Assembly: GCA_012026655.1 (NCBI GenBank)
Contig: JAAILG010000163.1
Location: 1 to 64,000 of the forward strand
Direction of reading: 5' to 3'
Source of the DNA: Hydrolagus affinis
Taxonomy: Eukaryota
DNA: 64,000 nt
Shown: one piece after another, positions 22,677-35,445 of the stretch
Numbering within the stretch: position 1 is the first letter of the stretch
How the letters are laid out: each line of letters begins with the position of its first letter
The notes under the pieces: generated by a model
The model's database searches: none
What the model saw: the letters and a program-made list of their open reading frames with translations, nothing else
Told to the model about the DNA's origin: nothing
Position numbers and translations under genes: made by a program

Positions 22677-23042
22677 CTTGCTTGCCATTGCTCACACGCA
22701 GAAGACTTGTTCAAACTTCCAATGGAGCTGGTAAATCAACACCTGAGATTTAGAATATGAACTGAGAGGTGAATGTTAGCTACTGTTTGGGTGTCCAGGA
22801 GTTTAACAGGCTGGCTGAAGGCATTGGGCCTATCTGTGTTAAAAGCACTTTGCATCTAACTGTTCTCCTCTGCTGACAGGCAATGACTCATTCTGGGCAG
22901 AGTTCCATGGGACCCATCATTGCCCAGTGTGGTGGACTTGACATCACTCATGCTATTGACAGTGGAGTTAAAGTATTTGCCTCTTCAATGACCAAGTATT
23001 TTCAGTGTACTGAACATCAACTATATCACTAATTTAATCCAA

Positions 23043-23352
23043 ACAATGTCCCATAAAGCAGCCATGAAGTGTACAGCCAAATCTATCTGGGAAATTGTTG
23101 GCCTGGACACAGGGAGAAGCTCCCTTCACTTTTTGAATAGTGCCACGGGATCTTTAATGTCTAGTCAAACAGACAGATGGGACCACGTTCTGAAAACTCA
23201 TACGAAGGAGGGCAGTTCAGTTCAGACAATGCAACCCCTCTCCCAGCACTGTGTGGGAACATCAACCTCGATCCTGAGTTCAAAGTTCCGTCTTGGGGCT
23301 CGAACCCATAATTTTCTGATTCAGGCGAAAGTGCTCATGAATGAGCCAAGTT
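23043..23352 (-). mobile_element. Deu-domain SINE
   Basis: Reverse of head and Deu core: ggcctggacacagggagaagctccc..gaatagtgccacgggatcttta..ctcatacgaagg..ctcgaacccataa..aagtgct..tgagcca. Confidence 0.85.
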
Positions 23353-24799
23353 GACACCTAATTATTACCTATAATGTACCACACATTCCATTTGCACTAT
23401 ATAATGTTTGAGCTTACACAGCAGATGGTTATATTTTTCATGGCATGCATAGATATTAATGCAAGATTGTGTGATGTGCAGAGATTTTTTTTAAAAAAAT
23501 GAGTAATTCCCACTGAATGGCATTATTTTTTCATATCCGTTTTGTTAGCAATAAATCTTGGGATTTTTTTTCCACCCATGCTTTATTCATTACTAATAAA
23601 ATGCCATTATTTTTTTCTCTCAGAGCTCTGAAAAGTAGTTTCAGCTGATGACATTTGACCTATTTTGGGTGCATGTCTCTTTCCATCACTCAGTTTGTGA
23701 GGTCTTTCTCATCCGTGTCTTATTGCGGCAGGGTGTAAAATTTGGAATGCAGAATGTTGTTTGTTTGTTTCTTTGCAAAGTATCGGCTCTCTGGTTTAAG
23801 CAAACTTACAATTACCAAAGTTTTAGGAAAGTGGAATTAAATACTGCCCAGACATCAACGACTTAATGTGGGACTTAATGTTCTCAGAATCAGCATCTGG
23901 CAGTTTATTGCTTTCTGTGGAGGAGCAAATATAAAGAGATCACGTGTATTTTCGAGTCGATTTATGTTGTTTCTTGAAGCTGGAGTGGAGAGATGTGGAG
24001 TTCAATAGTGCCTGAAAATAAGATGTTCGTGCTTTTTAAAGTACCAAAGGAAGTATTTGCGATATTAATGGCAGGTGTGTTTTAAAAAAATAATAATAAT
24101 TTAATGCTGAAATAGCGATCAAACATTTCACAATGGAGTTTCCAAGCTGTGTGGTGTTGGAAAGTGTTACCTGAAATCATCACGCATTTCTGCACATTGG
24201 GAGACCTTTTATTTCCCTCGTCAAAGGTGCTTGAAATGTTTCTATCAACTTTTATTTATATTCAAAACGCACCTTGACGAGTCCCCAGACTTTAACGTGG
24301 AATAGAGTGATTCATTATAAAAAATAACAAACGCAACAATGGCACTGCAGTCAATTATGCCTGTGGAGAAATAACTTGGAACAAGCATAGGGGATAATAT
24401 TAACTTTGCAGAGAAATAAGAGAATGATTGACTTTTTCAGCTTGAAACTAATGTTTTTGATCTCCCTTTATCGGTGAAGGATTTGCAGGTACAATATTAT
24501 CTAAGAGTGCTGGATTTTTGAGATTCCTAATTAACCATGGTATAGTTATTGCATAACTCGCAAACGCAAGTGTTTTTCTCATTATATTGCAATTGCTTCA
24601 GAAACCCAGAGCTCAAAGGTAGAACCTTGCTCATTCCAGGCCAATATTCCTGCTGCCAACTATGTCCAAACTTATGTAAACCGAAGCTAATGAGACGTTG
24701 GTGCAATTTCTCGGTTGTGGCATTCTGCTATTAGATTACCAGTGTGGTTCATGGCAAATTAGTCAACTTATGATTCTTCCAATGACATTATGTAAATAT

Positions 24800-25700
24800 G
24801 GAGTGATTCTCTGAATGCTTTGTGCCTTCATTAGTTCAAAGCATGTTCTTCCAACGAGACATCGTGTGATGTATCTGAGCTGACGACCTCGATTTTGTGA
24901 CTCCTTCAAAGAAAGTAAATATGATAGTGGGTATCGGTTAATGAACATTAATCTTTTTGTCGGTCCTCCACACAGGTCTCAAGTCCTTAGCCCTATTCTA
25001 TTTATCAAACAATTGGCAGACAGATAGTGTCTTACCAACAGTGCTGAGAAAATGAAGTCAATAAGTCAGTTCAGAGAGATGGATGTTGCTTACCCATCTC
25101 TCTAGCTGTAGTAAACTATCTTTAGTTCGACAATAAGGTACTTGGCTTTAGAGTTAGATCTGATCTATGCTGGAGAAGAAATGGATAGTAAAGAGGGCCA
25201 GAAAGGTTGAGGGAACAGTAGAATTTCTCAAGAAATCTGAGCCCTTCTTGTTTACTATTGGAAACATTGAATTATGCAAAGCCTTCTTTCTAACCGGTGA
25301 TGGAATATTGCAGCCCTGTTTGTCAGACCACAGAGAAGATTCATGACTCACTCGCTCTTGGACTTTGTGAAGCCCCAAACATTGAACACCAACGGGCAGC
25401 TTTCCAGCATCTGTTTTCTTATTGTCAATTGGCCCAAGATAATGACAGAAGCAGTCAATCGGGGCCATTTTCTAGTTTTCCTGTATTTGTACCAGGAACA
25501 TGTGAATTGCTACAGCCAGCATTCGCACCAATTCAAAACCTCTGCACAGAATTCCGGTGGAAAAGTTCAACACCCTGGTGTCTCTTGCTGTTTATACCCT
25601 CCCAGGTGGTGTAATCGACTGGAACAATGATCCCATGATAAGGATCCTTGGATGCACAACATTCAACATTCCCAACGCAGTTGAGGACGGTTGAGCTAAG
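24800..25700 (+). pseudogene. Ancient non-LTR retrotransposon RT/ORF2 relic (CR1/L2/Jockey group)
   Basis: Frameshifted motifs in order: GPPHRSQVLSPILF (~GVPQGSVLGP.LF, ~24962), IRYL.G..SDLCW (~KYLG...SDL.W, ~25132), LCKAF/PVMEYCSPV (~LYKA.VRP.MEYCSPVW, ~25270-25325), EHQRA/LSSICFL. Confidence 0.65.
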
Positions 25701-26447
25701 GTTGCTGAAACACGCATTAGGGCTGAAGGAAATCTGTTGACTTTGGATGACCCTCCCACCAGTATTATTCCTCAAAAAATTCCCAGGAGCCATTGGCCCA
25801 ATGTATCTGATCTTGCGCGAGTTGTGTCTTCCTGTGCCCTGTTACACAGATTATTGTCAGATGCATTTTGCGAGTATCTATCTGTGTAAATGAACATCGT
25901 AGAGAGCGTGTAGTTTCACAAACTCTTCAATCTCTGATAGTTCTGGGGTCAGTAAGTTAAAGAATTGAATGTGCTCTCAGAGAAACATTCACAGGTATCC
26001 AAATTAAAAAAAAACCCCCACACTTTTAGCCACATTCCTTTTTTTTCCCCAGATCTGATAATCAACTTAATATTTGCAAATTCCAATTTCATGCGATTAT
26101 ATTACAATCAATTAAATGCCACCAACTGGGCAAGATGGAAATGGAGTTCAATTAGTTTAAGTTGCCACATTTTATCTGCACAGTAGGAGAAAACCGTGCA
26201 GCGATAAATCAACTTAACATTTACATCCACTCATGAGCGTGTCTGTACATGTGCATGTCTGATGGTAGGTCTCTCGCTTCTCTCTCTCCGAGTTGAAGTC
26301 CTAATGATTAGAAAAATTGTGCTGTGCCCCTGTGTTCTTTTGTTTTGTTAAACAGTGTGAACAGATATACTCTCAGAATGGATTTCAAGTTTCAAGAAGC
26401 ATTTACTGCTTCTTAGATGAGCATTGTTGCTGTTTAATTTTTACGTA

Positions 26448-27075
26448 GACGATGACAACAACTGGAGAACCTTTCACATTCATTAACATCTCGCAGTGTT
26501 CTACGAAGATGTGATTGGACACCGAGCAAGGGAGGAGGGGGAGGTGACTGTAGGTGCAGTCAAAGAGGTAGGTTTTATGGTGTTAAACAACTTAAAAGCC
26601 GGGCTGTTAGACCGGGTTTCAGTCTGCTCCATGTCTCCCACCCAACCCGCCCTACCGTCGGTGGCCGGGCTTTCAGCCTCTCTGCCCCCACACTCTGGAA
26701 CTCCATCCCACAGTCACTTAGCCTCGCTTCCTTCCATGCTTCCTTCCAGACAGGTTTCAAGACCCTCCTGTTCGATCGTGCCTTATGTTGTCTTCTCACC
26801 TCTCTCCCTCCCTCCGCTAGCCCTCTCTCGTGCTCAGGTCCTGAACCCTGACTGTTCAGCTCCTTGGGACGTCCTCTTGACGTGAAAGGTTTTCTATAAT
26901 TGTAATTTTGGTTGTTGTTGTTGTTATTTAAAGATGGATAAAGAGATGGTGAGATGGAGGGCATGAGTCAGGGTGTTCGAGATTAGAGAAGCGGAGACTG
27001 AAGACTGACGGTGGCATCTTGTGGTAGCTGAGTGAAGATGTTGGGCGGGAGTGGAGGTGCAAGCAGGTCCAAAGT
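26448..27075 (-). mobile_element. Old L2 3' end interrupted by a younger opposite-strand L2
   Basis: ggacaccgagcaagggg..ggtgac..tcaaagaggtaggtttt stops at ~26590 and resumes at ~26927 with tttaaag..gagatggtgagatggaggg. Confidence 0.6.
26595..26926 (+). mobile_element. L2 LINE 3' end
   Basis: Encodes PTVGGRAFSLSAPTLWNSIPQSLSLASF..FQTGFKTLLFD, then 3'UTR, hairpin tail and (gtt)n. Confidence 0.9.
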
Positions 27076-27093
27076 TATTGGTCAACTCACAGA

Positions 27094-27155
27094 ATAATCA
27101 TAGTAATAAGAATAATCCTTGCATTTGACATAATGCCTTATTGAGACATCTCAAA
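27094..27155 (-). mobile_element. SINE A tail fragment
   Basis: aataatccttgcatttgacataatgccttattgagacatctcaaa. Confidence 0.7.
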
Positions 27156-27874
27156 TTGAACATTAAAATAATATCCAGTCATTTTTCTAGTTTTCAAATA
27201 TTGTGAATTTCCAAATACTGTATTTGGAATTCGGAGAGGAAAAGATCTTACATCAGAAATGGCCATGCAAAATCTTCATCATAGTGCTACCAAGATTATG
27301 AAGTAGTACCTTTTTAAAGAGATTTTTTAAAGATTGAAATAGCTGCTGAAAAACAATAAATTGGCTTCCAAAAGTAATGTCAATGAATCATCAAGTAAAA
27401 GTAACTTTTGTCATTTTACTGCACATAATTTGCTATTAGTAGAATTGGGTGTAATTTTACAGAATAAAAAACTGCATTATTGCTTTGTATTCTGACATCT
27501 TTGACAGGGAACATTGCTTACTTTATTCATATTATGTAAAACAGAGTTGGTATTTTACAGAAGATTTAACATTTCAACTCGCTGTGAAAAATTACCAATT
27601 CTTCGCATATTTGTACTACTTGAGCTGAACTGGTTGCAGTTCTGTAATCATAAGATCAGAAGTTTAGAATTCCTGAGGTTTACTGGACAATAATTTCAGC
27701 TTACCCCTTACTATTAGGCTTTCAGAAGTTCCAACATGATCTATGTTCGCCCACACACATATATACAGGTAATTTTTTCAGTCTTTACAGTATATATTCT
27801 TCTTCCTTCATCACTCAAACCAATCTTGTGGTCATCTGAAAGAACCCTGTAAGTAGATTAGATAATTTGGATGT

Positions 27875-28360
27875 TGGTGTGGCTCAATCAATGGCACTCA
27901 AGTCCCTGATTCAAAAGACCATGTGTTCAAGCCCAATGTTGAGACATTCCAATCCAGTGATGTGAGGAGCTACATTTTTGCTGTCCTGGATATGATGTAA
28001 AACCAAATCAGGTAGATGTTAAAGATCCTGTGGCGTTCGTTGAAAAGAGAAGGGAGTTTCTCCCGGGGATCCTAGCCAGGGATCCCTTTGATCGTTCATG
28101 TTTCATGGCTGTTTGTTTCGACTTTGTTTGTGCAAATTGGCTGCTGCGTTAGTCTACGAAATACACAGTTCACACTTCCTCAGCTCCCACCCCCAGCCAG
28201 GCCGGGATTATTAAACACCGTAAGATCCCCTTCCAGGCATGAAAGGTATTACATAAATGTACAGTTGCATTGCGCTTGTAAATCCTGCTCAATATTTTGA
28301 GACATCCTCCTGACATGAAAGGCACTGTATCAATGCAAGGATTATTATTATCATTATTAA
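27875..28360 (+). mobile_element. Deu-domain SINE with nested L2-like tail (~28176-28272)
   Basis: Head tggctcaa..tgttcaagccc; Deu caggtagatgttaaagatcctgtggc..gagaagggagtttctcccgggg; gtgcaaattggctgctgcgtt; two successive tails. Confidence 0.75.
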
Positions 28361-29239
28361 GCACTCTGGCTTTTCCCATCTGTGGTTGTCCTTGTAACTA
28401 ACATATAACATGTGATGTATTATCTGATTATTGGCGAAGTGCCGGTTGGAAAATTGATTTTATTTCGAGGTAATCCATATGTTTTTAAAACCAATACATT
28501 GTCACTGCGGGCAGATCCCAAGAGCAACTTTAACAGCCACGAGTCAAGTTCCTTCTGATGTAGGTGGGAGAAGGAACCAGATTAGCACATCATTTCTAGT
28601 GAGCAAAAAGAGGCACTGAAAGAAGATATTGAGGAGCATAATTCCATGGGACATTGAGGAGCATAATGGCAACAACAGCAGCTAGTGGGGATGCTTTGTC
28701 AAAGTGGTTGTACTTTTGCCTTCTGACCATCACTGCCTTCTTTCTGGTTGATGCCATTACTTAGAATCAATGGGAAAGTAAAGCAAGTAGAGCAATGCTT
28801 TGTGCTCTTCTGTCTTCCAAAAAGCCATATTACACAAAATTACACCACTTACCATCGACAAATGAGAGCCGAATGATGGGTACATTTGGCTGCTGCTTGC
28901 CACTATATATCAGGTGTTTGATGCACTCGTTTGTAATTACTTTTCATAAAGATAAATGTGCTAATAAGGACCAATGCAGTGCACAAGTATTCACGCCAAG
29001 AACCCGTGTACCCGATGATCAGTATTGATGGGTTGGGTCTGCAATGAACGTTTTAACAGGATGAGACACAGCAAGCTTCCTGCACTAATATCTTATCAGC
29101 TGTTTTAATTTTAAAACCTTCCCTTTCGTCTGTTCCTTTAGAACCTGAATTTCCTTTGTAACTAGGAAATCACTCGAGATGTGAAGTTGAGAGTTTTGGT
29201 GTTCTGGGTGGTCTGAAGGGCCTTCTTTATCTGAAGAGA

Positions 29240-29610
29240 GGTTTTAAGCACATAGTCTAGGCTGAAACTTCAATGCAGTGCTGGGGATGTGTTGTATTCT
29301 TGGCGGTGCCATCCTTTGGATGAGATGTTAAACTGAGCTCCCCTCTGCCTGCTCAGGTGGCACTAATCAAAAAGAGAAGTGAGTTTCCCCCCGCTTGGTG
29401 ACCAGGGTCACAATCCCCCGAATAGAATTATTCATTCATTTTATGCCTGTTTGTGTGATATCATTATATGCAAACTGGCTGCTGACAAATCACTGCAAAT
29501 CACAGAAAATCCCATGAACCACTTTAAGTTGTTTCTACGATGTTTCTACGATGTGATAAGGTGCTAATCAAATGAGATTACAGTATTCATTATTGTTAAT
29601 ATTATTATTA
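29240..29610 (+). mobile_element. Deu-domain SINE
   Basis: tctaggctgaaacttcaatgcagtgctgggga..ggtgccatcctttggatgagatgttaaactgag..tctgcctgctcaggtgg..gtgataaggtgcta. Confidence 0.8.
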
Positions 29611-30887
29611 TAAGAGCTATTTCTTCATTCTTGGATAGTATTATAATCCTTATTGAGACCTGACTTGAGGGATGTCTTTACACTGACTGATGCTCTCACT
29701 TGTCCTGATGGTCTGTGCGATATCTGATGTTGTAGAGCCGTGGGTTTTGTTACTGTTAAGGTGGCCTGTGCCTGAAACATCACATCCTCTTAGATAGTAG
29801 GCCATTATACAGAGCTTCACTGATTAAAATGAAATTGTCAAACAGCATGTGGTCAAACCATCAATTAACTTTGGTCTTTAATTCCTGAAGGCAAATCTCA
29901 TTCATAAACTCCATTGTGCAAAGACTATAATAGCTAGAATTTATTTCAAAATTGGCAACAGCAATGGACCCACACACCCATCCCCCACCTAGTTTTACCC
30001 TTCACCTCATAAGTTATTGATTTTGCAAAATGAAATGTGGGGGGAATGTTATCTTTTGTGACAACTTTTTTTTGTCAACTTGGTGTCTGACACATGTGGA
30101 AACCCATTACCATACTTAAGAGTCTCCAAACCAAACTAAGAATTCCATGCTTCCCACATAGAAATCCCAGAGATAGAATGTCGGAATGAAATGCACACTC
30201 TCTCCCTCCCAATCAACCCATTCCAGAAAGCATTAGGCGTAAGTTGGCAAGAGCCAAGCCAAGGAACCCTAGAGTGTGTGCTGGGGTACTGCTGGAGTCG
30301 AACCAGCTAAAAATGTTTAGCTTGCTCTTAAGAGCACCGTGTTACGTGGAATCAAAATTGGTTCCAAATAACTCATTCACATGGACAAAAAAAGCTGACT
30401 GCCAGAAACTCTAGGAAGAAATTTGGATCCTCGCTTCCAAGCTCGGCACAGCAGTGTTTTTGAGTTCAAAAATCTGGCGTGCATTTGGAGCGCCCGGAGA
30501 CGCGTTGTAATCAAGTTTATTCTGTTATCATCGCTGCCAGTGTGAAACCTTTCCCCAGCATGTTTTCTGAGTTAGGTTGCCCCCTGCTGCTTGTGGACAA
30601 TCAAAAGAGTTGAAAACATCATTGGAAATCTTCCAACATCATTGGAAATCCAATGTGGAAGGATACTCTGAGCCGTTTTCAAACACATTCCAGAATAATT
30701 TGTTTTAAGAAAGGAGCATTTTTCCATTGCTTACTGCATATTTTAAGATTCTAATATCTAGTATGCTCAGTTCTGACAAATGGTAGATAGATCTTAAGAG
30801 AGAAATATGTATGTTGAACTTTTTACTGGAGAAGGAACCTTTTCATGAGATTTTAACAGTATAAATCTAACTTGTTTGCTTTGAAAA

Positions 30888-31180
30888 ATACTTGCATTTG
30901 ATAGCACATCTTGTCCAGTGAAAACGTCTTAAACACTTTGCATAATCGTTTACTTTGAAGCATAGTGGCTGCTTGTTATGTTGGCAAAAGCATAAATAAT
31001 CCTGTCCCATCAAAGACCATTAAATGGATCAATTTCATTTTGATCCTGCAGGTTTCGGTGAAGTAGAAATAGGGTTTTGGACTCCGGAAAGCTTTACCTC
31101 TGTTCTTCAAAAATATCATCGCATCTAAGCCATCAGAATAGATGAACTCTGTTCAGCACCTCCAGGACTATGTCGGCAGA
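30888..31180 (-). mobile_element. Decayed Deu-domain SINE
   Basis: cttgcatttgatagcac..aaacactttgca..tactttgaag..ggactccgg..tgttcttcaaaaata. Confidence 0.5.
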
Positions 31181-31524
31181 AGTTAACCTGGGTCAAATTC
31201 ATAAAACGTTGCCCAAGAAGTGAAGCGAAACGTACTGTAAACCTTTAAAAACAAATCCGGCCACCTTTGGTTCAGTTTATACTGTTACAGATTGAGTGCT
31301 GCCATACTTCAGGTGTGGTGCAGGCTTATGTATAGAATAGAATACAAAATCAATTAATAATCCTTGATTTGATATGTCTCAAAGCGCTTAGAAAGGGCAA
31401 AATGCATGCTCCACTCCAAGCAAAGTGGAAGTTGAGTTCTGTTGAAGACTGGAAGTGAAGATTAATGGTCGAATAAAGATTGAAGGTTGTAGGATGAATA
31501 TGGATCAACTGATCCATATTCAGG

Positions 31525-31703
31525 ACTCAATCCATGACTGTTTGTGGGACACTGCTGTGTGCAATTGGTTGCAGTGTTTCACCCACAAAATATGCAATTC
31601 TGTGTTATTTATTCTGTGAAGCGCTTTGAGATGCCTCCGCAACGTGATAAGGCGCTGCAGTATATCAGATGGCAAAAGATAATAGTAATAAAAATAATAA
31701 TAA
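31525..31703 (+). mobile_element. SINE A core plus tail
   Basis: tcaatccatgactgtttgtgggacactgctgtgtgcaattgg..gtgaagcgctttgagatgcc..acgtgataaggcgct. Confidence 0.9.
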
Positions 31704-34700
31704 CTGTTTGAAGGAAACTTATGCTTCCTCCACTGTTGGACCGTGGAAATGTCATCTGTGGATTGCAGCTCATCAGGGCTGAATAACAGAAGGTAATAAC
31801 TTTCCCTTGACTTCTCTTTGAAGGTCTGGGAGAAACTCAACAATTTCCTCAGAAGTGTTACCTGCAGCCATGCATCTCCCTCAGGATGTTAAATAAATTG
31901 GGAAGAGTCCATGGCTCTGCGGGATGTCATGGTCTCTTAGAAGGAATAGACGCACTGGACCAAGTGGTCTTTTCTTATTTCATGTTTTGCCATCTCATTA
32001 TTTCAGATCAGTCAAGTTCAACATTTTAATACATTTCTCACCGTGTCATTTTTATCCATATCATAAATAATAAGTTTCAATCAAAATTGGTTGGATTTAA
32101 GTTGAGTGGGGAGGAGGAAATGATTTATTTTACTTTCTACCAGGTCGCGTTTATTTGATAAGGAGTCGGAAGGCGTAATTGAGATTTCTGTAATAATTAA
32201 TTGATTCTAAAATAAAATCACGCATGGGTATTAAAAAGAGAGAGAGAGAGATCATAGTTGGTAAACACCTACTGGATTATTCCCTATTCCTCCCTCAAGT
32301 AACCATGGAACCGTTGCAATATAAAACATAGCAGACGGTAATTTGGCCCATTGTGTCTCTTTTAAGTAACAATCCTTTCAGTCTCATTTACCGTCCTCTT
32401 TAGACAAGGAAATATGCACTCCCAAAGTGTTACCTATTCAATTTTTTTTTACTAATTTCAACCCAATGGATTCTGTCACTGTATCACGTGTACCCATAGT
32501 CACCCTGAAATTATCATCATAACCTAAGAACTACACTTGTCACAGCTTGGCATGCGCGGTACCTTCTGCGAAAACATCTACCCCTCACCGATTCTCTTCA
32601 GTGTATTATTGGTGCTGCAGAGGAATGAGGGATTACCCCTGACCTAATGGGTTTGATGAAACACTGTTAAATACTAATTATCAATTACCTAATTCAATTG
32701 GGGTGAGGAGTGCTGCTAGAGTTTTAGTTCCCGCTTGAGATGCAGAATGAATTAGTACTTGAGTACTCGCCTTTTAAAGTGTATGCTCACAGGGTGGAAC
32801 TAATGCACAGCTGTGAAAGGGAGTGTTGTTAGGGCAATGGCAGCTTTCGGGGACTGCAAGATGCAATAATTCACCTGGCTCGTTCTCTCCTATCACAGAC
32901 CAACTCACGTGTCAGGGACCTTATCTGAAATGAGTGAAAGGATGTATTTTTTTTAAAGCCTTTCTTCTCACCCAACCACCCACCCCAAACCTTGTAGAAC
33001 TGCTCTATTATTTGCAGAATGTGATGTTACAAGATGTGATCAGACGGAATAAATCTCCATTTGGAATCAGTTGTGTTCTGCACACCGGCAGAGTACAGTC
33101 GTTTCACTGAAAGCAAAACATAGTTTACTTGAGTAACTATTTTTTTTCCTTGCTGATGTAGCGTACTGAATTGTTACCTGGGTTCACATTGTGCATCCAT
33201 TATTCGGCACAGAGCTCACTCCAACTGCTATGATGGTCTCAGTCCTCCACAGCACATTTGATTAACCCGTTGAACCCAGAGGTCATTTGTAGCTTTCAAA
33301 ATAGATGTTTCCTGTCGAAACTTTGCTGAAATGATTCATCTTTATTTGTTGCCTCCACGTATGATAAATTAAGAAAGCCGTGGAACTGTGAAATCAAAGG
33401 GACGCGCAGTCTTTTGAAGAGGATTCTCACCTAGGATACACGTGACTTCCTTTTATTTTGTTCCCCTAAAGAGCAGCCCCATGTGGTCATCGTCAATTCT
33501 GCCTGCGGAAGCCAATTCTAGCAGAGCTCTGCCGCTGTGTGGTTCATGAAATTAGTCATGGTTTATAACCCTGGGCTGGTGATTTGAGATGAGTACATCT
33601 GAGGGAATGCCAAGCCATTTCTCTACATCTCTCTACATCTAAAGAGGAAGTATTTTGACCTGGTTTTCTTTTACCAGAGAATAATGAGGGATAACAGTTG
33701 GAGGCTGCGAATACCCTGCCTTGAATTTAATATTGGGGAGCCATCACTGAATGCATAAGTGGCGTCTTCATGGTGCTGAACACGGTGAAGTTTGCCAAAA
33801 GAATGTCAGCATTGAGCCCACACTCTGTAACCATCCGGGAAGTCCAGTTCCTTTACCCCAGGGCACTGCTGATGACAGCACAGCCTGGTTGATTGGCAAG
33901 ATTTGGAAGGCCAGACTAACCTCAGGGGCAAGGACTCTTTCTACTCAGCTCCCATTAACCCTACAAGCCAAAGACCAAATGGGTAGAGTGGTCTTAGCTG
34001 GTCCATCAGCGAGAAAGCTTGCCAGACAGTGCTCTCAATCGCTAGCTGTATGATTTGGCTGGTTGGATTCCAACAGCATCCAAATGTGCAAAAGCAGGAT
34101 GTATCCCTCTAGGGTGCCAAGTATAGATCTATAGTTTGTCGGTTGTGCTGCATTGACAGTGTTAGTCGCATGGACAAAGGGGATTATAACCTTATTTAAT
34201 TATTAATGTACATCCATTAAAACTTGCTTGCTTCTTTTTTGCAAAATTTGCCACCAAATAAAACTGCCACGGTGACGGACAGGGCATCTTTTGGCCAAAG
34301 CTTTGCGCCGCCATACCATTACAAAATTGTAAAGTGTTTTAGCAGAGGTCAGACCATCAACGACAGAAACCTAGATACGATCTATTTTGGGCCAAGCAAT
34401 AACAACCACACAAGCTCATTATGTTTGCAAAGCATTCCGGTTGAAGATCATGTTAACATGATATTAATATAAATGCAATTCAATACACAGAAAATAAATT
34501 CTATACAGTGTACTGGAAATGTATTTAACATAGGTTAGCTCCTTTTAAAATGCATAAATCACGTTAGCTTTTCTCCAGACAATACATGATGGGGTGAATG
34601 AAATTAGCAGCAAAAGTATTAAAATATTGATAGCAATCATTCCATGTTCACGCTTTGCCAATTAATTATTAATTTCACCTTGAAGGTAGTATGAAAGACA

Positions 34701-35317
34701 GACTTCATTTTATCTTCGCCATTCGCAGCAAGATGTTTGATGCCTTTCACATCATTTTCCAGCAGTCACCAACATTTTGACTTGTAATTATTGGAATCTT
34801 TTATGTTGCTCTGTGAAGGGACTTTGCATTATTAGTTTTCTATGGAAATGGATTAGAGCTTAATCTTTCCTTCAATATCAATAAATGATCACTCCTTTGA
34901 TGAAAAGAAATTAGATTGCGCGCTGTTGGTCAAGCCCCTGCAAAGGAAAGCAATAAGATAAGTTTTACACATTAAAAAAATAAAAGCTTTCCTTTCTGGT
35001 CCCAGTATAGCTTTTTCTTGGCCACAACTCAAAAGGCCACAAGCGTTTAGAGTTGGAATTGGCTTACTTAATTTTGTGAAGAAGGATATTTTTGACCACA
35101 ACAAGTCAAACAGGTTTGATTCTAACACTGTGAATGTATTGCACCTTTTCGTGCGCCAGCAGAGGTTTTGATGAAAAGTATTAAAAATCAGAAGTACCAC
35201 AAGGGGGAGGAAAGAAAGTGGAGAATAGGTCATCCTTCTGGCAGTGACATTGGAAACATTTACCTTTTCGAAAATAGAGGGGTATTTAAAAAAAAATTCA
35301 AACCTGAATGAAACAAC

Positions 35318-35445
35318 GAATATTCCTTGTATTTGATAGAATGCCTTATCAAGTTGTTGAGGTGTCTCAAAGCACTTTGTCGAATATATTGTCATGTGCA
35401 GTGACTGTGTATTTTGAGGGGTGAAATACACCAATTGCACACAAT
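35318..35445 (-). mobile_element. SINE A 3' half
   Basis: ccttgtatttgatagaatgccttatc..gtctcaaagcac..gactgtgtattttg..caattgcacaca. Confidence 0.8.

Noticed and set aside
33830-33960. LF-SINE-like words (agtccagttcct, ggcaaggact; also tgagttggtg near 39073)
   Set aside because: Matches too short and scattered to support without an HMM search
34042-34053. CTAGCTGTATGA match to the miR-9 3' end
   Set aside because: Only 12 nt; seed and hairpin absent
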